A model generated the notes under the pieces. That model was not told the DNA's origin. It ran no database searches and saw nothing but the letters and a program-made list of their open reading frames with translations. The position numbers and the translations under genes are program-made. Of a stretch of 64,000 nucleotides of DNA, positions 59,267 to 64,000 are shown one piece after another (position 1 is the first letter of the stretch; each line of letters opens with the position of its first letter). The stretch comes from Candidatus Uhrbacteria bacterium (lineage in GTDB: Bacteria > Patescibacteriota > Patescibacteriia > UBA9934). The stretch covers positions 104,067-168,066 of the forward strand of contig CAIKHN010000004.1 of the NCBI GenBank assembly GCA_903827265.1. Direction: 5' to 3'.

Positions 59267-60400
59267 GTGAAGCTCTCTTGTACGCGAGAAAATTTGTACC
59301 AAGGTCTGGCAATCACCAGTCACATCTCTGGAAAGAATGCGAACCTTCCTATTTTGAATAACGTCTTGCTTCGAGCAGACGTTGGAGGAATTAAACTGAC
59401 CGCAACGAATCTTGAGCTTACTATTACATGCACCATTCGGGGGAAAGTTGATCAGCCAGGTGAATACACGCTTCCATCAAAGTTGTTTGCTGATTACGTC
59501 GCGCTGCTTCCAAACGAACGTGTCGATCTCGATCTTCTCGATCACGCCGTTTCAATTGTTTGCGAAAAGACAAAGACAAAGATTAACGGAATTCCTGCAA
59601 ACGAATTTCCACTCATTCCGCCGGTCACTGGGGGTGTACGATTCGTTGTTCCTGCTGCAGCGCTCGATGCTGCACTCGGACAGGTGCTTTTCGCTGTTGC
59701 AACAAACGAGGCGCGTCAGGCATTAACTGGTGTGTTCATGCATTTCGACGGATTGAATAAACAACTCATCCTTGCCGCGACAGATAGCTACAGACTCGGT
59801 GAGAAGACGATAGCGCTTGGTGAGACTGCTGAAGGGGAGCGGAAGGCTATTGTGCCGTCCCGAACGCTTGGAGAGCTTCGAAGAATCCTGAGCGTGCTTC
59901 GTGATAGCGTCGAGAATCCAGAAAACATCGATGTTGAACTCACGGATAGCCAGATTGTTTTCCGCTATGGCACCGTCGAGCTTTCATCGCGAACGGTTGA
60001 AGGTGTTTATCCAGACTATCGACAGATTATCCCCAAAACGTCGGCGACAGAGATAACAATTGATAAAACGGCGTTCTCTCAGGCTATTCGAAGAACGAGC
60101 CTGTTCTCGAAGGCTGGATTGTTCGACGTACGCCTCGAAGCGAATCCGGCCGAAAATACGGTGACGCTTTCCGCGGCTGATGTCGGACGGGGTGAAAATA
60201 CGGTGACCGTTGAGGGAGAGATGATTGGAAGTGTGAATTCTGCGGTATTAAACTTCCGATATCTTTTAGACGGTGTGAATGCAATGACGTCGGAAAAAAT
60301 TGTGCTGAAATTTATTGATGCTATGCAACCGTGTGTTGTCACTCCGTATAACCTTCCTGATGAGAAGTATCTCTACATCGTAATGCCAATCAGGCAGTAG
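59267..60400 (+). CDS. dnaN: DNA polymerase III beta sliding clamp
   Basis: It has the three-domain clamp sequence (VKLSCTRENLYQGL...). The start is the GTG at 59267, since there is no in-frame ATG near the N-terminus; the upstream part of the track ORF is non-coding. Confidence 0.88.
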   Translation: MKLSCTRENLYQGLAITSHISGKNANLPILNNVLLRADVGGIKLTATNLELTITCTIRGKVDQPGEYTLPSKLFADYVALLPNERVDLDLLDHAVSIVCEKTKTKINGIPANEFPLIPPVTGGVRFVVPAAALDAALGQVLFAVATNEARQALTGVFMHFDGLNKQLILAATDSYRLGEKTIALGETAEGERKAIVPSRTLGELRRILSVLRDSVENPENIDVELTDSQIVFRYGTVELSSRTVEGVYPDYRQIIPKTSATEITIDKTAFSQAIRRTSLFSKAGLFDVRLEANPAENTVTLSAADVGRGENTVTVEGEMIGSVNSAVLNFRYLLDGVNAMTSEKIVLKFIDAMQPCVVTPYNLPDEKYLYIVMPIRQ

Positions 60401-60439
60401 TCGTTCGATTCCGTAAGGTCTCGGCAAACAAAATAAAAA

Positions 60440-60475
60440 ATCACCTCGAGTTTAGGCTCGAGGTGATTTTTTATA
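60440..60475. terminator. bidirectional terminator (AAAAAATCACCTCGAG...CTCGAGGTGATTTTTTAT) between dnaN and the PBP gene
   Basis: A 15-bp perfect stem is flanked by A- and T-runs. Confidence 0.75.
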
Positions 60476-60477
60476 CA

Positions 60478-63400
60478 TTACGGTGTTGGAACAGAAACTG
60501 GCGGAGTAATAAGCACGTCTTCGATTGGAATTCCGCTTGATGACGCCGGTGTTGTGACGTTCACGATAACAGGACTTGATTCGAGCGTTCCGCCGGTTGG
60601 AGTTGAAGCGCGAGCAACGAGTTGATATCGCGCATCGCCGCCGATGTTCCACGAAATACTGGTTATCGACGACGGATTTGCTGTGCTTCCAATGGTTTTC
60701 GTTTCTCCAGTCCAGAGATTTTCCGCGGTTACCTCGAGGTATGTAACATCACTCACGTTTGGAACTTCGACAACGACGGTATACGCGCTTCCGGTATTGT
60801 CGATCGTTTGGTTTGAGAATGGGTTGGTGATGTGAAACTGCGCCTCCGCTCCGCTTGATTCGCTGATCGAGACTGCTACGCTGTCGTTTGCACTGTTGTC
60901 GACGTCGTCATAGATGGTCGCTCCGAGTGCGTGGGCTCCTGTCGTCACCCAGTTTGGGAGCGTGAACGTATCTCCGTTCATGTCGTGGCTTGTAAAGACC
61001 GCTGCACCATCCATGGTGTATTCCACTCGAGAGAACGAGCGATGCGTTGATGCATTAAGCGTTGTTGAGACTGATCGTCCAAGCGTTTGGCCATCGCGAG
61101 GAGATGCGAAGCTGATGCTCGGTTGATTTTCTGCTGTATGAACGTTATCCGTTTCGGTTGGAATATCTTTGCACGCAGTAATTGGCGATTCTCCAGGCTT
61201 AAGATTTGCGTTATGTTTGGTAATCCACGTTTGGACCGCAGTTTCCCATACGGAATAGTTTGGATCAGCTGATGGATTTTCCGGGACAGGTCCTCGCGGA
61301 TCGTTTTTATTCACGTACGTGAGGATCGTGTGATATTCGCCACAGGTTTCAGTTTTTTTATAGCGCTCAGGTGTAAATTCGTTTGCGAGCATTCCTGTTG
61401 AGGTATCGACGGTATATGTTGTAACGGGAATATTTCCGTCGAGCATGTCTTTGCCGATCGATGGGATAGTTGGCGTTGGGAAGGTTTCAATTGGCGTTCC
61501 TTCAAGTGCCTTTTGCATGAATTCTTTCCAGATTGGTGCGGCAATAAATACCGCCTCCGCATTTTTATTCATCTGTGTACCGTCGGTATTACCAACCCAT
61601 ACCCCTGCCGCAAGTGACGGCGTGTAGCCCATTGTCCAGGCGTCGTTAAAGTCGCTCGTTGTTCCTGTTTTTGCCGCAACGGGACGTGCACCGAGTTGCA
61701 GTGCGCTGTTGACGCCGAAGATGTATGAACGTGCATTGTTGTCTGAAAGCACGTTACTGACGGTATTTGCGATGTTCGCATCGACAGCCTGTGTTCCAAC
61801 GTGATCCTCAGCCTTCCACTCTTCCAGGGTTGTCCCACTCGCATCAGTAACCTTCAAAATTCCCGACGTCGTTTGTTGCAGACCGCCGTTTGCAAATGTG
61901 CCGTATGCGCGAAGGTGATCGATCATGGTGACCTCTCCGCCGCCGAGGACGAGGGAAAGTCCAAACCGTGAGCGATCGTCGAGCGTGGTGTATCCCATGC
62001 GCTGCAGGAAGGTAATGGCACTGTCGACGCCGACGAGATACATCGCTTTTACGGCTGGAATGTTTAACGATCCTTGGAGTGCCTTTCGCATGGTGAGGTA
62101 CCCATGCTCAGTAAAGTCATAGTTGTGTGGTTGATACGGGCCAGTTTCCGTAGGGAATGTGGTGTCGACGTCCCACAAAATTGTGTTTGGAGTAAAGCCT
62201 TTTTCCCATGACGCGGCATAAATGAGCGGCTTCATACTGCTTCCTGGTTGCAGCGGCTGTTGTGTAACGTTTACCTGACCTTGAATGTCGTCGTTGAAAT
62301 AGTCGGCGCTTCCAACCATGGCGAGGACTTGCCCGGTTTTTGGATCAATCGCAAGCAGTCCGGCGTTGTTAAAGCCGTATGTTGCGCTTTTTGCCTCGAC
62401 TCCGGCATTCACTGCGGCCTCGGCGGCCATCTGTTTGTCGTAATCAAGCGTGGTAATAACATTGAGTCCTCCGGTTTCTACTTCGCGTTCGGTATACGTT
62501 GTTTCAAGCTGATCCTTCACCCAAAGGACGAAATGAGGGGCGGTGATATTGCCAAGCTTTGCGACGACTGGTGTTTCTTCCGCAAGCGCCGCTGCAACAT
62601 CGTCGTGTGACGCGTATCCAAGCTCTTCCATGCTTGTTAAAATCCAGTCACGGCGAGCCTTCAACAGTTCTGGGTCTTTGAGGTATCTGCTCGGCTGTTT
62701 TGGTAACGCTGCAAGCGTTGCGGATTCCGCGAGATCAAGATCTTTTACGTCCTTACTAAAATATGCCTGGCTCGCTGACTGCGCGCCGTAATTTGTTGCG
62801 CCGTAACCGATTTGATTCAAATACAGTCCGAGAATTTGTTCCTTGGTAAATTTATCTTCAACGGCGTACGAAAGAAGAATTTCTTTAATTTTTCTGATGT
62901 ATGTTTTGTCGAGCGTGAGAATGACGTTACGAACCATTTGTTGGGTGATGGTTGACGCGCCCTGAGCCTTACATCCACATTTAATGTCTTCAAAAATTGA
63001 TCGTGCAATGCCAATGTAATCGATGCCGTGATGCGTATAAAAACGACGATCTTCTGCGGTGACGGTTGCATTGATAAGGTTTTGAGGGAGTGTTTCAAAC
63101 GGAACAATCGTGCGCTTTTCGTTTTCAGCGATCTCGTACAGGAGATGCTCGCCGGTACGATCGTAGATTTTGGTAGATTGTGACGTTTCGCTATTCAAAA
63201 TATCCTCAGGCGTTGGAAGAGTTTGTGCAATCCATAAATAGCCCAAAAACAGCAAGAGACCACCAAAAAGTAAGGCGGCGACCCCTCCAAGAATGATGTT
63301 TTTGAGGAGGGATCCTTTGGTGATGGCCTTGAACCGATGAAGTACTGCGGCGACGAAACGGTTTTTATGAAGTTCCGAACGATATGATCCGTAGCGCTGC

Positions 63401-63480
63401 ATAAAAAAGGCGAAAATTTTTGCGTTGGTTTCATCATACGTTGCGCGCAGAAAAAGGGCAAAAATAGCAGTGGATAACAT
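60478..63480 (-). CDS. class A penicillin-binding protein (PBP1A-type transglycosylase/transpeptidase) with a long C-terminal extension
   Basis: It has an N-terminal TM helix, a GT51 domain (RFYTHHGIDYIGIAR), the transpeptidase SxxK (SSMKPL) and KTGT motifs, and about 250 aa of C-terminal beta-rich repeats. Confidence 0.9.
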   Translation of the reverse strand: MLSTAIFALFLRATYDETNAKIFAFFMQRYGSYRSELHKNRFVAAVLHRFKAITKGSLLKNIILGGVAALLFGGLLLFLGYLWIAQTLPTPEDILNSETSQSTKIYDRTGEHLLYEIAENEKRTIVPFETLPQNLINATVTAEDRRFYTHHGIDYIGIARSIFEDIKCGCKAQGASTITQQMVRNVILTLDKTYIRKIKEILLSYAVEDKFTKEQILGLYLNQIGYGATNYGAQSASQAYFSKDVKDLDLAESATLAALPKQPSRYLKDPELLKARRDWILTSMEELGYASHDDVAAALAEETPVVAKLGNITAPHFVLWVKDQLETTYTEREVETGGLNVITTLDYDKQMAAEAAVNAGVEAKSATYGFNNAGLLAIDPKTGQVLAMVGSADYFNDDIQGQVNVTQQPLQPGSSMKPLIYAASWEKGFTPNTILWDVDTTFPTETGPYQPHNYDFTEHGYLTMRKALQGSLNIPAVKAMYLVGVDSAITFLQRMGYTTLDDRSRFGLSLVLGGGEVTMIDHLRAYGTFANGGLQQTTSGILKVTDASGTTLEEWKAEDHVGTQAVDANIANTVSNVLSDNNARSYIFGVNSALQLGARPVAAKTGTTSDFNDAWTMGYTPSLAAGVWVGNTDGTQMNKNAEAVFIAAPIWKEFMQKALEGTPIETFPTPTIPSIGKDMLDGNIPVTTYTVDTSTGMLANEFTPERYKKTETCGEYHTILTYVNKNDPRGPVPENPSADPNYSVWETAVQTWITKHNANLKPGESPITACKDIPTETDNVHTAENQPSISFASPRDGQTLGRSVSTTLNASTHRSFSRVEYTMDGAAVFTSHDMNGDTFTLPNWVTTGAHALGATIYDDVDNSANDSVAVSISESSGAEAQFHITNPFSNQTIDNTGSAYTVVVEVPNVSDVTYLEVTAENLWTGETKTIGSTANPSSITSISWNIGGDARYQLVARASTPTGGTLESSPVIVNVTTPASSSGIPIEDVLITPPVSVPTP

Positions 63481-63513
63481 GGCTAATATTAGCCAAAAAA
63501 GAACGAAAATACC

Positions 63514-63542
63514 TTGACAAAATGGCGTGGAAATGCTATACT
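63514..63542 (+). promoter_or_regulatory. sigma70 consensus promoter TTGACA-N17-TATACT
   Basis: The -35 box is at 63514-63519 and the -10 box at 63537-63542. The ATG at 63549 lies about 7 nt downstream, so the mRNA may be leaderless. Confidence 0.6.
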
Positions 63543-63548
63543 AGTTCT

Positions 63549-64000
63549 ATGAAAATTCGGCAGTTAAACGCCGATTTTTCTTATTCTATGAAGAATCGCC
63601 TTAAAACGATACTCAAGCGTTCCCCGGTTGAAGTCGCAACTCTTGGTGCTCTTATGCTTCTTGCCGGGTACTTTGCACTTCCGTCTGCGGCTCGTGCGAC
63701 AGCAACCGCTTTTGCGGTGGGTCGTGCAACAGAGCTTGAGGTTGCTGCAATGCAGAACGCAACCAAGCCTTTTGGTGAGCTTCCTGGCGCAGATCTTCGC
63801 AATCCAACATATGTCATGCGCGTAACTGCGACGGCATATAATAGCGACCCTGCCCAAACCGACGATACGCCGTTCATTACGGCGAGCGGTACGCATGTTC
63901 GTATGGGTGTGATTGCAGCAAACTTCTTGCCGATGGGTACTTTGGTGAAGATTCCGGATTACTTCGGTGACCAGATCTTTACTGTGGAAGACCGCATGAA
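63549..64000 (+). CDS. 3D-domain (MltA/RlpA-like) cell-wall protein, partial (runs off the window end)
   Basis: It has a signal or TM region (VATLGALMLLAGYFALPSAARA) and a 3D domain (TAYNSDPAQTDDTPFITASGTHVRMGVIAANFLPMGTLVKIPDYFGDQIFTVEDR). It is open at the 3' end, so it is absent from the track. Confidence 0.7.
   Translation, partial: MKIRQLNADFSYSMKNRLKTILKRSPVEVATLGALMLLAGYFALPSAARATATAFAVGRATELEVAAMQNATKPFGELPGADLRNPTYVMRVTATAYNSDPAQTDDTPFITASGTHVRMGVIAANFLPMGTLVKIPDYFGDQIFTVEDRM

Overview
This 64 kb window is mostly conserved bacterial housekeeping genes. They include rpoC (partial), rpoB, recA, ftsK, efp-epmA, the rpsF-ssb-rpsR operon, ychF, rmuC, rpsT, holA, polA, four tRNAs, a Xer-like recombinase, rpsO with a NYN-domain gene and pnp, a DksA-like gene with lspA, comM/yifB, tig, nfo, the rpmH-rnpA-yidD-dnaA-dnaN origin block and a class A PBP. 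Several tRNAs encode their CCA, the rpoB is short, and giant surface proteins are present; this fits a small-genome Gram-positive-like or Patescibacteria-like organism, but that guess is low confidence. The gene track includes ORFs with GTG and TTG starts, so several starts were re-picked by eye. The housekeeping backbone is interrupted by accessory segments that have noticeably higher GC (about 60-67%, against about 45-55%) and encode secreted, lipoprotein or unassigned proteins. The findings worth a second look, in rough order, are: (1) a translationally coupled operon (26564-34424, probably extending to a TPR/O-antigen-ligase-like membrane protein at 24212-26554) encoding a 1327-aa Gly/Thr/Ser-rich fibre-like surface protein and three partner proteins; (2) a divergent module at 53683-55228 pairing an unassignable 327-aa protein with an ORF6N (KilA-N-like) gene, separated by a 25-bp perfect palindrome, with the ORF6N frame broken at an A7 run; (3) three identical 16-26 bp palindromes (TGTTTCACGTGAAACA) around the tRNA-Ala/tRNA-Arg genes; (4) a 193-bp nested inverted-repeat element next to DnaA boxes upstream of dnaA; (5) GC-rich islands including MopE-like Cys/Asp-repeat lipoproteins, a GC-rich gene next to tRNA-Arg, tRNA-His and a tyrosine recombinase, and a 1.6 kb GC-rich weakly coding stretch between rpoB and recA; (6) a 440-bp ORF-free structured region (47985-48431) that may be an ncRNA. 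No CRISPR array, rRNA or unambiguous transposase was seen. All calls rest on reading the six-frame translations and the raw sequence by eye; no database searches were run.
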